Origin: the human T2T-CHM13v2.0 reference genome, Homo sapiens
Length of the DNA: 64,000 bases
Direction: 5' to 3' (one strand)
NCBI RefSeq assembly: GCF_009914755.1
Contig: NC_060944.1
In this document: in pieces, positions 12,281 through 23,725 of the stretch
Position numbering within the stretch: the first letter of the stretch is position 1
How the letters are laid out: every line of letters starts with the position of its first letter
Notes under the pieces: model-generated
Database searches by the model: none
What the model saw: the letters and a program-made list of their open reading frames with translations, nothing else
What the model was told of the DNA's origin: nothing
Position numbers and translations under genes: made by a program

Positions 12281-14154
12281 GCCGTGAAATGCTTCAGTGA
12301 CTTCTGGACTGGTACAAAGGAAGGTACACTGAATATTCGGAGAGAGCAATCGTTGCATAAAAAGCTGGGCAGCTATTTTTATTGCCAAAACACCTGGATG
12401 AAAAGGGGAAAAAAGAGACATGGGGACTGCCATCTGGACACACTACTGATGTTTATCATGACCTCCATATTCTGTGCAGATGTGTCTGGCTAATGGATGT
12501 CGTGGAGACACAGCTCTCAAAAAGAAAGACAGGGGAGCCTCTACCTCCTCATCTGGATCCACAAAACAGCCCCAGTGTGATGAGTGCACCAATGCTGGCC
12601 ACCCTATGGGCACTGTCAGGAGCAACTGTGGGGCTACCCTGAGATGTCACTTACAACATTTAAGGTGGCTCTTAGCTTTCTAAGTTGAAAATGAATTAAA
12701 CTTTCTCAGTTTTCTAGACATTTTATTACAAGAAGAGTTTTGGAAAAATCATGTGTGGGGGTTGAAATTTGGTTTGAAAGAAATTAAAAGTGTATGTATA
12801 GGAGTTTAACGAGAAATCAATTATTCTAACCAAGAAACTTTGAGTCCTGACATGTCTCAGCATCGCCAATTGTTATGTGATATTTTTACAGACATGGAAT
12901 CTAAAGGCTGGAAGGAGTTTGAACATCAAGCTATTCATCTACAAAGATCAAACTGATTTCTTCTGACTTTTCACTAAGGTGTCGCTGAAATAAGATTTAT
13001 CAGGCTATCAGTTTTGTTATTTCTGAAAGGCATTGCAAAACATCCTTCGAGGATCTGAATTAATTTTGCAATAATGAGATCATATCAGACTATATATCTG
13101 ATATTTTAGATAACACTGGCCAGTGCTTTTGGTTATGTTGTCATTTTTGGCTAGATAGTAACATGTATTAGCAAGGCCAAAATGTGAATACATTTCACAA
13201 AAACACACATTCTTAGCCCTGCTCCTCTAACTTGGAATAATTTTCATCTCAGTGAGATATTGGCTAGGACTTTGATTCCAAAACAAGTAAAATTGAAGCC
13301 TATTTCTCTTTTCCCCTCTGTTCTTTATTTTTTTTCTTTGCTGGAAAATCTGTTTACATCTTTTTTTTCTTTTTTGAAACACTTTTCCCAAGAGATCTCA
13401 ATTACTACTAAGAAATTTTAACTCAGTTTCAGAGCTGAAGAAACTGTCAACACAAAAAAAGATTTTAATGATCACCTGGTTGCATTTAACATTCACAAAA
13501 AAAAAGTCCCTTGTTTGGGAAACTCACAATAATTGAAAATATACAGTTTTTAAATTATGCATGTGCTTCTGACACTGGTGCTGTAAGGATAAAAAGCATC
13601 CACTGAAGCACATTTTTTTACTACACCGAACTGGAAACATCGTAATTCTAGGCAATCACAGAACAGTTGTGTAGTTCACACGCACAAGCAGCTGTGCTCA
13701 TGCTCAGCCCTTGGAGCTGTTCCCCCACCACGGGGAGGAGCTCAGGAACATTGAGTGCGACCTCAAGATGAAGGACGGGACTTTGGCTGCATTCTGTGGA
13801 GAGCCACGCTGGGGGAGGTCACATCCTCCTCCTTATCCACCAAACATCCTTCCAGCAAGACCAGGAAAAGTCAGGAGACCACTCAAAAAAGGATGAAAAA
13901 CCATCTCAAACAATGTCAGCAAGACAGGACCACTGTGAAATTTTCAAAAACGACTTGTGATCCCAACTCCTGGCTGAAACCCCCGCCCTGGTCACGGCTC
14001 TGCGCTCATCCTCCATGAGTCTGTGGCTGTCATCTATAAAGTAGGCACAGCAGTCAATTCGCCGGCCTGTAATGATGCCTGAGGTTAGGTACACTGAGAT
14101 ATTTGTAAAGCATCCCCAAATAGTCATATTCAAGTTATTATAACTATTAATAAT

Positions 14155-14310
14155 AATAAATAATTGTTATTGCTTTTATTCACATTCATTGACGTTTCCC
14201 GTGCCAGGCATTGTGCTAAGCATTTTATCTGGAATCTCTCATTCATTCCCCTGGGGCCCTAAGAGGCCTCTGATTTCAGTCCTACAGACTTAAAAACGGG
14301 GAGTTAAGGG
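14155..14310 (-). mobile_element. MIR SINE fragment
   Basis: GTGCCAGGCATTGTGCTAAGCATTTTA...TCTCATTCATTCC. Confidence 0.6.
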
Positions 14311-14317
14311 CAGCTGG

Positions 14318-14930
14318 GTGGGCAGGGATGATCTGCCAGCTCACCTTCCCAACCAGCTGCTGGGTGCTGTGAGCAGGCAACCTTCAGTCATCACCCTCTT
14401 CCAGGGCTGCCTCACAAGCAGAGAGCTTCCTCACTCACACACCTTCTGGGGCAGCCCAACTAAAGAGGAATGGATACAGAGGCATAAAGGCATTGCCTTC
14501 TCAGCCCCATGCCCTGTAATAGGCTGCTTCAGCTCCAGAGCTCCCGTGCGGTCAGCTGGGACTGCTGGTCAGGCCACCGCAGTATGATGACGAAGACCCT
14601 CCTCAACCTCCTCCTCCTCTTCCCTCTTCCACCTCCTCCTCCTCCCTCCTCCTTCCTCCTCCCCTTCTTCTTTTCTCCCTTCCTCATTCCCCCTCCTTTT
14701 CTCCCTTCCTCCTCTCCCTTCCTCCTCCCCTTCCTTTCCCCCTCCTCCTCCTCCTTTCTCCCCTTCCTACTCCTTTCTTCTTTCCTTCCACCACCCTCTT
14801 CCCTCCTCCTCTACCCCTTCCTCTTCCCCCTCCTCCTCTTCATCCCCCTCTCCCTCCTCCTCTGTCCTCTTCTCCCCCACCTCCCTCTTCTTACCTCCAC
14901 CCCCTCTTTAGGTATAGATCCCAAGGGATC
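14318..14930 (+). mobile_element. ERVL solo LTR, LTR16A-like, with an internal CT-rich expansion
   Basis: CCAGCTGCTGGGTGCTG...GGGGCAGCCCA...GGCATAAAGGC...CAGCTCCAGAGCTCCCGTGCGGTCAGCTG, resuming after the tract as AGGTATAGATCCCAAGG. Confidence 0.7.
14598..14908. repeat. Polypyrimidine (CCT/CTT)-rich low-complexity tract
   Basis: ~310 bp of almost exclusively C/T on the + strand. Confidence 0.95.
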
Positions 14931-16669
14931 TATATATATTATATATATATGTTATATATATTTTGATATTATGTCATTATTACAAAATTAATTCAGATCC
15001 TTGGAGGATGTTTTGAAATGCCTTCCAGAAATAACAAAACTGACAGACTGACAAATCTTATTTCAGTGGCAGGCACCTTAGTGAAAAGTCAGAAGAAATC
15101 AGTTGGATCTTTGTGGTTGAATAGTTCAACCCTGATAGTCATCCTGCTCCATGCCAAACCCCTCTCTGTATCCTCTCCTCCGGAATGCAGCTGGTCACAG
15201 TGTTTAGGAAACTTGACAAAGCTCACAGAGCGAGTGAGTGATGGCCCCGAGATCCACACCCACATCTCCCTGACCTTCATATTTTTTCTTCCTCCCTTCT
15301 CCTCCTTTCCCTCCCTAAAACTTTTGGAAAAATCATAGCTCATCTTCACATCTGTCATACTTGTGACAACTGTTCAGGCTTTCTCCAAGTCTAAAATTAT
15401 AGAATTCTTTGAAAGAAAGTATTCACGCAATCAAACTTCACCAAATTAGGAGACCGTCAGTGTTAATTAGCAAAAATTCCAGATTATAAAATGCCTCTAG
15501 ATGTATGTTCTTTTTTTTTTTTTTTTTGAGCAAATATGTCAAGCTTGTATAGCAACTAAAGGAAAGAACTAAAAATAGAAGTCTTTTTTGTTCTGCAATC
15601 TGATGACCACAGTAACCTTAAAAACAATTTGTTCTTCTACAGAACTCAACATATATTTTCTACAGTCACCCCTTATTCACAATTCATCTGCTGAACAATC
15701 TTTAACAAGGAAAAAGGAACCTCCCTCCTGACCCACGTCTGAATGTTCACAAATTATCATGTTGCCAGAATCAGAATTAAGTGATTCTCCTTCATTTGCC
15801 ATTTTTCCCTTATTTTCAGGTTCTTCTTTCCTCCACATTAAAAAAAACCCACTTTTTGTGATATGTCGATATGTCTACCCATCACCTCGTCTTTTCAAAG
15901 CCCTGGAGATCCCCAGTCACTCTGGGAAAAGAAGAAGCCCCTTATTAATCTGAGCTATTTTAGTGACAACAAGCCTGAATGTTTTAAGATAGACACCATC
16001 AGATCCAACATAATGCTGTCAGTTTTTCACGTTCAAACACTTCATCTTCAGAATATCATCTGCATGCCTTAGGGAAAAGCCCATATACTCCTGGAGGTAT
16101 AAACCCTACCCTCTGGGAGGTGCTTTACCCAGGAAGAAGCCTGAATTCTCCAGTCAGCTTTCTGACCTCCTCAGCCTTCTCTCACAGCACAGCCTTGCAC
16201 ACAGTTCCAGCTTCGGCCACGCTCTGCTAATTGATCTCTTTTCTGTATTTGTTTTTTGATGAGATGAGTAGAAATGGCAATTCACTGTAACAGTAGTAAG
16301 TTTTTTAAATCAATAAGGAATCCCGCTGTGTGCTAATTTGGAATAAATAACAAAGCAAATGGGACATGATCTCGGCTCCCAGAGAACCTGCAGTGAGGCA
16401 GAGGAAAACGGACCAAGGCCTGCCCTTGCTGGGACTTGTCTGAGCATCTTCTGAGTGTCTCAGCAGTAGCATTCACTGGTTCTGTGCAGTGGGTGCCCTT
16501 TGATGCCCACTGTATGGGGTAAGGAGTGAATTACACCTGCATTGCAAATGACTCCAATACAAAACCCATAGTAGATAACTCTGTGAATTATTAGTGAGTG
16601 AACAAATGAGGGAATGAATACGGGAAACAGTTTTTCACAATGGCAAGAGCATAAGTTTGAAATGGACCA

Positions 16670-17290
16670 GCCCACACCTGACTAGGTTGCTGTGAACTTG
16701 AGCGGCATGATTCATTCTGAGCCTCAGTTTCCCTTCATTCATGCAGCAGGAACTTTGTCCCTCAGAGTTGTTATAGGAAACCTATATGATGATGTACAAA
16801 TGTTTATTGAGTGCTGGCTGTGATCCAGGGTCTGAAGTAGGAACTGGGAGCACAGAAGTCCCTGTCTTCATAGGGTTTAATTTTCCCATTCAGTGGAACA
16901 AAGCAGATAATAAATGAGCCAAGTTCAGTGGGACATAGTAGATGCTCAAGAAATGAGCCACATTGGAGGCCAACTCAGGAGTTATGGTGGAAAGCTTTTT
17001 GTGACTTAGGGCATGAAGTTCAAGTTCAAATTGAACTTCAAAACTGGGCAGCATGAATATCAGTGGCAAGAGCTTGCTGGGTGGAAGGAGCATGGTGAAA
17101 GGCAGAAGGTAGCTGGAACATTTAGGGTGCTGTCCAGATGTAAGGGGTGATGGAAAATAAAGTCAGGGAGTTGTCACTGGTCAGCTGTGGAGGCCTGATC
17201 CCCTGGGGCGTAATTTCATCCACTACTGGAGGCACTGAGGAGCCTAAAGGGGTTCACCGAGTAGGGACATTACAGAAGCCACTTTAAGGA
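16670..17290. mobile_element. MIR (+, ~16670-16790) followed by L2 (-, ~16795-17290)
   Basis: CTGAGCCTCAGTTTCCC MIR core; CAAATGTTTATTGAGTGC L2 tail and purine-rich body. Confidence 0.6.
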
Positions 17291-17369
17291 GATGACGCAA
17301 GAACCCGCCCTCAGCCTGGCTTGAAGGTAGGGCAGACTGCAGACCACATTCTACATAAGAACGCCTTTG

Positions 17370-17800
17370 AATTAGATCTCTTTGTGTTGCAAGTGACGGA
17401 AAACACAGCTTACCCCGGCTTATGGAAAGACATCAAGTATTGGCTGATGCTATCGACAGCATCCAGGTGTTCCAACGATGCCAGTCGGAATCCATCTTTC
17501 CTCATCTTTCAGCCTCGTTTCCCTCAGCATGACTTCACTTTCAGATATCGTCACAGGACAGATGGCAGCAGCTCCACGATGTCATCCCCAGAGCTCAGCA
17601 AGCCCCAGGAGAGAGTGGCTTAAACCATGGCTCCAACTGGAACCTCCAGTGAGGCCCGTGTGGCCCAACTCAGCTAAGCCCATGGCCAAGAGGACACCGT
17701 GGTCCAGTGGGTAAGAGCTTGAGTCAGGCATCCTCCTTCTGAGCTGGGTGTGGAGGAAACTTCATCTGCTTCATAGACTGAGAATATGGAATGGTGCAAC
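17370..17800 (-). mobile_element. MaLR solo LTR, MLT1J/K-like; its end forms the outer part of the palindrome left arm
   Basis: GTTGCAAGTGACGGAAAACACAGCT...GATGGCAGCAGCTCC...GAGCTGGGTGTGGAGG...CATAGACTGAGAAT. Confidence 0.6.
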
Positions 17801-17845
17801 AGAGTACAGAAGGGGCATTACTACAGCAGGAAAGGGCATTACTGG

Positions 17846-18337
17846 TGTGTCCGGAGTTTATTCCATCTGGTGGGTTCGTGGTCTCACTGACTTCAAGAAT
17901 GGAGCCGCAGACCTTCGCAGTGACTTACAGCTCTTAAAGACAGGATGGACCCAGAGAGTGAGCGATAGCAAGGTTTATTGTGAAGAGCGACAGAACAAAG
18001 CTTCCACAGCGTGGAAGGGGACGGACTGGGTGGCTGCTGCTGGCTGGGGTGGCCAGCTTTTATTCCTTTATTTGTCCCCTCCCATGTCCTGTTTCTGTCC
18101 TATCAGAATGCCCTTTTCTCAATCCTCCCCATGATTGGTTAGTTTTAGAATCCTGCTGATCGGTCCATTTTACCGAGCACTGATTTGTCCATTTTACAAA
18201 CCTCTTGCTAGCTACAGAGCACTGATTGGTGCGTTTTTACAAAGTGCTGATTGGTGCATTTTAAAATCTCCTTGTAAGACAGAAAAGTTCTCCAAGTCCC
18301 CACTCAACCCAGGAAGTCCAGCTGGCTTCACCTCTCA
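17846..18337 (-). mobile_element. ERV9-family solo LTR, LTR12F-like (492 bp)
   Basis: TGTGTCCGGAGTT...GGTGGGTTCGTGGTCTCACTGACTTCAAGAATG...CAGGAAGTCCAGCTGGCTTCACCTCTCA; TG...CA ends; perfect 4-bp TSD CTGG (17842-17845, 18338-18341); repeated GATTGG (CCAAT boxes). Confidence 0.92.
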
Positions 18338-18900
18338 CTGGGAGTCTGGAAACAGTGCTGTTAGGATGTTACTCACTGAGAGTACAGAAGGGGCATTACT
18401 GAAGTAGGAAAGGGCATTACTGGGAGTCTGGAAACAGTACTGCTGGTGTTACTCACAGAGTACAGAAGGGGCATTACTGAAGCAGGAAAGGGTGTCACTG
18501 GGAGTCTAAAAACAGTGCTGTTAGGATGTTACTGAGAGTATAGAAGGGGTGTTACTGAAGCAGGAAAGGGTGTTATTGGGAGTCTGGAAACAGTGGTGTT
18601 AGGATGTTACTCACTGAGAGTACAGAATGGGGCATTACTGAAGCAGGAAACGGCGTTACTGGGAGTCTGGAAACAGTGCTGTTAGGATGTTACTCACTGA
18701 GAGTGTGTAAGGTGTTATTGAGAGCATGAAATCATGAAATGGTGACTGCAGAAGGGGTTTCACTGCAAGTCTAGAGACGGCATTCCTGAGAGTATGTAAA
18801 GGTGCTTCTGAGAGTAAAGAAGGGGTGTTGCTGAAGGTCTGAAAGTGTTACTGAGAGTACAGGAGGGACATTGTTGAAAGCATGGAGGGTGCTACTGAGC
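18338..18900. repeat. Hierarchical minisatellite: ~80-bp units built from ~21-23-bp subunits
   Basis: Units start (C/T)TGGGAGTCT at 18338, 18420, 18498, 18576 and 18659; more degenerate TTACTGAGAGTACAGAAGGGG-like subunits continue to 18900. Confidence 0.92.
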
Positions 18901-19528
18901 ATACCCCTTCTGCAGTCGCCTTTCCATGATTTCATACTCTCAATAATACCTTACTCACTCTCAGTGAGTGACATCCTAGCACCACTGTTTCCAGACTCCC
19001 AGTAAAGCCCTTTCCTGCTGCAGCAATGCCCCCTCTGTACTCTCAGAGAGTAACATCCTAGCAGCACTGTTTCTAGACTCCCAGTAATGCCCTTTCCTGC
19101 TTCAGTAGCGCCCCTTCTGTACTCTCTGTTGCACCATTCCGTATTCTCAGTCTGTGGATCAGATGAAGTTTCCTCCACACCCAGCTCAGAAGGTGGACAC
19201 CTGACTCAGTCCCTGCAGATACTAAATGTATGTTTTTGGGGAAAGTGACAGTAGTACTTAATTCTATCAGACAGATCCTCCTTCCATACATTCTCCCATT
19301 GATGATCTTCCCAACAGCCTACCGCCATCTGCATTTTAGAGGAAACTGACCTGTCCGACATCATGTCTCCTTTAGCAGGTGGAGCTGGGACTCAAACCTA
19401 GGTCTTTGCAGTGCAGGCCACACCCTTTCCCTGCCTCTAGGGGATAACAAATACAAGAAATTCTCCCCATGAAAGAACAAATTCATCCATTCCTGCATCT
19501 CCTCTATAACATATATGGAATAAGTGGA

Positions 19529-20309
19529 TATATTAGCCTCCTATTGGCACTATAACAAACCACAAACTTAGTGGCTTCCAGCAACATGCATTTATTGTCT
19601 TACAGTTCTGGAGGTCAAAAGTTCAAGATGGGTCTCATTGAGCTCAAAATCAAGGTGTCATCAGGGTTGCATGTCTTCTGGAGGCTCCAGGGAAGAACTC
19701 TCCTTTTCTTTCCTTTTTCCGTTCCTTTCCTTCCTTCCCTTTCCTTTTTCTTTTCCTTTATTCCTTTCCCTTTTCCTTTTCTTCATTCTCCTCTCCCCTC
19801 CTCCTCCCCTCCCCTTCCTTCTCCTCTCCTCCCCTCCTGCCCTCCCCTTCCTTCTCGTTTCCTCTTCTCTCCTCCCCTCTCCTCTCCTCTCCTCTCCTCT
19901 CCTCCCCTCCTGCCCTCCCCTTCCTTCTCATCTCCTCTCCTCCCCTCTCCTCTCCTCTCCTCTCCTCTCCTCTCCTCTCCTCTCCTCTCCTCTCCTTTTC
20001 TATCCCCTTTTCCCAGATTCTGAAGGCTGCCTGCATTTGTCAGCCTGTGGCTCCTTCCATCTCAAAGCCAGGGATGGCCGGGGAAGCTTTGCCCACACTG
20101 CGTCACTCTGACACGACCCTCCTGCCTCCCTCTGTTAAGGATCCTTATGATTGCATCATGTTGCCTCCACCTGGACAGTCTAGGAGACTCCCCATCTTCA
20201 GATCCTTACCTTACTCACATCTACAAAGTCCCTTTTGCCGTGCAAGGAGAAATATTCAGAGGTTTTGAGAATAGAACATCTTTAGGGGACGGTTTTTCTG
20301 CCTGCCACA
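19529..20309 (-). mobile_element. MaLR solo LTR, MLT1D-like, with an internal CT-rich expansion
   Basis: TATTAGCCTCCTATTGGCACTATAACAAACCACAAACTTAGTGGC...GGAGGCTCCAGGGAAGAA [CT tract] CCAGATTCTGAAGGCTGCCTGCATT...TCTGCCTGCCACA. Confidence 0.85.
19697..20014. repeat. Polypyrimidine tract including (CTCTC)n
   Basis: ~320 bp of C/T-dominated sequence ending in near-perfect TCCTC pentamers. Confidence 0.95.
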
Positions 20310-21699
20310 GAGGGCAACTGGTCTACTGTGCACGTCAGGGAAATGAGCCTCCCCTTACTGTGTTAGAGTAAAACTCAGTCCCATCCCGGTTTGGAATTCT
20401 CATGTGGACAATGATGAGGATGCATCAGAAAAAGCCCGTGTTGGGAAGGAACCCACACCTTCCCTGCCACTGCTCAACAAATGTCAAGGATTACGGATTG
20501 AATCACGCTCATGGGCTCATGTCCAGCAACACGCAACCTCCCCTGTGTGATGCCACTGTTGTACTGTGGCCAGGCCCTCACTCTTTGGCCAGAGCAGGTG
20601 GGAAGCCAGCCTGCATGAGGGACCCAGCTTCCTCCAGCCTTCAGCATCTGATGCAACTTGAGCACATTGTAGGTCCCTCCTGACTCCTTGGAACTCCATT
20701 TCTTTATCAGTCCCGATGATAAAGAGCATTGCTAAAGGGTAAGAACATTCTGGTTTAATTTTTCATGAGGGCAAACATAAAAAATTCAAGCTAATACAAC
20801 CCAAAGTGAGCATTCAGGGCACCAACAAACCCTGACACCTGCCTCTCAAACAAACTCCACTGCTTCCTGAGTCCACCCCAAAATTGCTTCAGCCCTAATT
20901 GGAGCCAAGACTGCGCTGGGCAGCCAACCCAGGGCCGCTGGGGGCAAGGCATGCACATCCCCCGCACAGGGGCTCACGGGTCCAGGCGTTTGTTTATCAG
21001 AAGGTCACTCCTAATGTTTTTAATTTTAATTTTTTATGTTTTTCTTCATTAAAAATTTAAAAACTTTGTATTAGGGGTTGCATTAAAGAAATTCAGAAGA
21101 GTAAGGAACAGCCCCATCCTGCCTGGAGAGCTCAGCGCTGTCTGTGGCGTTTGTCTCTGGCTGAGGGTCTGGCTGGCTGGGGAGGTACAGTTCTATTTCA
21201 CCCTGCTCAATGCTGCCACGATGCTGGGTCAGCCCCTGCTATGGACAGGGAAGGGTGGGCTGCTCTGTGTGTTTCCTTCATCACCCATCTTGCAGAATGA
21301 ATTTTTTCTGATATTTCTTCTCAGAGAGCCCCTGTCCTTCTCTGCTGCCACAAGACCTAAGAGGCTGGGGCCAGCACAATCACACTCTGTAGACCAAAGG
21401 CTCACAGGACCCTCAGCTGGGAGGCAAGGGGCTTGTGTCAGTCTCAAGGCCAGTCAAGATGTTGGTTCTACATGAACAGGCTAAACTGATGACAAACCAG
21501 TAGGATTTGGGAAGGACGGTCTTTGAGATGCATTCATGGAGAAAAGGGCACAGCATACTAGTGTCTCAAAATCAGAACTCCCTGGGAAGGCAACCTAAGG
21601 CAGGCCTTAGAACAGCGGGGTCGGGCCACATCCGGCGACAGCCCCACAACAACATTCGCACTGCTTATCCTTCGGCGAAGGGATCTGTAGACTTTTGTC

Positions 21700-23200
21700 A
21701 GTGCATTCTCTCATTCATTGAGCAAATAGCCACAGACCATTGCTTCAGGTCATGCCCTGTGCTTGGCTTTCGGGGCACAATAATAAGGTCACAGCCCCAT
21801 TCCATCAAGACTCCCAGCCCCTCACATGGATGATTCAGAACACGATGGACAGAAGGGTTTCCATGATGCAGCAGCGTCTCACTCAGGGGAGAGGTGGCTT
21901 CCCAGGGGAGATGATGTGGAGGCAGAAACCTGAGGATGGATGCAGGACAAACAGTGGACAGAAGACTGCTCCAGGCAGAGGAACAAACCTTTCAAAGGCC
22001 TAAAAAGGAGAGTCACCATGGGTTGTTCTGGGAACTGTGTGTGTTTAGGAGATGGGAAGAGGCCAGAGAAGTTCCTGGAAATCGGGGCCAGAGCCAGGTG
22101 ACTGTGGCTGTGTAGACTCCTTAAAGAATCTGGCATGCTAAGAGGAAGGGGGACCCTCTAGAAGTTATTTCTTCCACATGTAATAGAAATACATCCATTT
22201 CAATTGTGACTTCACTACATTCTGACAAATATATACACCTGTGCAACCACCACAATTAAAACATAGAGTTTGCACTGCCCCCCAAATCTCCTTGGTGCCC
22301 ATTTCATCCGACCCACCCCTTCCCCAGTTCCAGCAACCACATACCTGCTTCTGTCTCCATGGAACAGAGGTGTCACTTCTAGAATTTCAAAGGAATGGAA
22401 CGCAGTGTGCACTCTTTTGTGACAGGCTGCTCCCTTTGATATTGTAATTCAGATTCAATCATGTCATTGTGTGCATGCATTTTTTTCATTGCCGAGCAGT
22501 ATTCCATGGTGTGGATGTGCCACAGCTATTTAACCATTCATCCGTTTGTAGACATATGGGTTATTTCTATTTTGAGGCCTACAATGAATAAGGCTGGTAG
22601 AATATTTGCGTGCGAGTCTTTGCATGAACATATGTCTTTTATTTCTGTAGGCTATGAGTGGAATGGCTAAGTCATATGGTAGATGTATGTTTAACTTTGT
22701 AAGAAACTAACACACTGCCCAGAGGCATTTAAGCAGAGGCATGAAATGATATTTCAGAAGGTTTCTGGCTGCAGTGTGAAGACAGAATTGGTAAGGAGGG
22801 AATATGGAATTGAATGCTGCAGTCAGTTAGGAGATTATAGCTTGCCCTCAAGAAAAAAATGACATGGATCTGACAAAGGGAAGGACAATGAGGTGTAGAA
22901 GTAGGTCAGTGGGGAGTAAGAGGAGCTAGGGTTGGCAGGATCGGGTGGCCGGGTGGAGGTGGGTGGGGGGATGGGGCAAAGATGCTTCAGACAGTGATGA
23001 TCTTGGAGGGGGTTGGGTCATCCACCAGTTTAGAGAAAGCAGGAGTGTGTTTAGGAAGGTGAAGAGTTTGGCTTTGGACACAGTGAGTGAAATAGGCAAA
23101 ATAAATCCAAAGTAGCTGGGCGTCCTTACAGGAAGCTTCCAGGGGAGCTCCGGAGGGATATGTTTCTAAGGTATCAACATTTATTAATCGTTGAAGCTAC
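21700..23200 (-). mobile_element. L2 interrupted by an L1M 3' fragment (~22170-22720)
   Basis: TCATTCATTGAGCAAATA L2 tail; L1M GAGCAGTATTCCATGGTGTGGATGTGCCACAG...GGTAGATGTATGTTTAACTTTGTAAGAAACT; L2 resumes at TTTAAGCAGAGGCATGA. Confidence 0.65.
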
Positions 23201-23675
23201 TGAGGAAATGCACGCCCAGTTTATCCTTTGTAGAATATCTGCTCGAGAGCTCCAGGAGAGACAAGAATGAGATTTGGCAAATTTGCCATGAATTTGATTC
23301 TCTAGGGACATGAAAGGAACATGATTAGAATTTGAGAATGACCCTCAGAAATAAGTTAATTGGTGTACAATTATCAATTAGAAGAGAGAGGCTACTTGCA
23401 TACGTTGATGTGTGATGGAATTAAACACCATACTAACCCAAATGTTACTCCAACTGCCCTCATTGCCACCTCCTGACAGTGGCGAGGGGTGGCAACAATG
23501 AACAGCTGGCTATGAAGAGAAATGTGCCCTGCAACCCATAAATGTAAAACACACAAGGGTTTTCTTCATTCTGCATGGTCAGTTTCTTAGTAACAACAGT
23601 TTGCTTTTTGTGTGGTGTTGTAGCTAAGCTCAGAGAATGACCTTCTCATTCTGTGTTACTTACCCAAGTTCCTGA

Positions 23676-23725
23676 GGGAGGGAATATTTGCAGGAGTGTT
23701 GGGAGGGAATATTTGCAGGAGTGTT
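23676..23725. repeat. Perfect 25-bp tandem duplication (GGGAGGGAATATTTGCAGGAGTGTT x2)
   Basis: Two identical adjacent copies at 23676-23700 and 23701-23725. Confidence 0.97.

Larger units (their letters stand above)
17720..19208. repeat. Interrupted inverted repeat: left arm 17720-17845 + 18338-18758, spacer 18759-18902, right arm 18903-19208
   Basis: Reverse complement of 19081-19208 aligns with 17720-17845 and reverse complement of 18903-19002 aligns with 18659-18758, at roughly 88-90% identity by eye. Confidence 0.95.

Noticed and set aside
14509-14991. Pro/Leu/Ser/Phe-rich 160-aa ORF (and similar ORFs at 19571-20111 and 43935-44207)
   Set aside because: Polypyrimidine low-complexity tracts lack stop codons
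17720-19208. Novel foldback/MITE transposon with long TIRs
   Set aside because: The outer left arm is continuous with the flanking MLT1-like LTR and no TSD flanks the arms, so a local inverted duplication fits better
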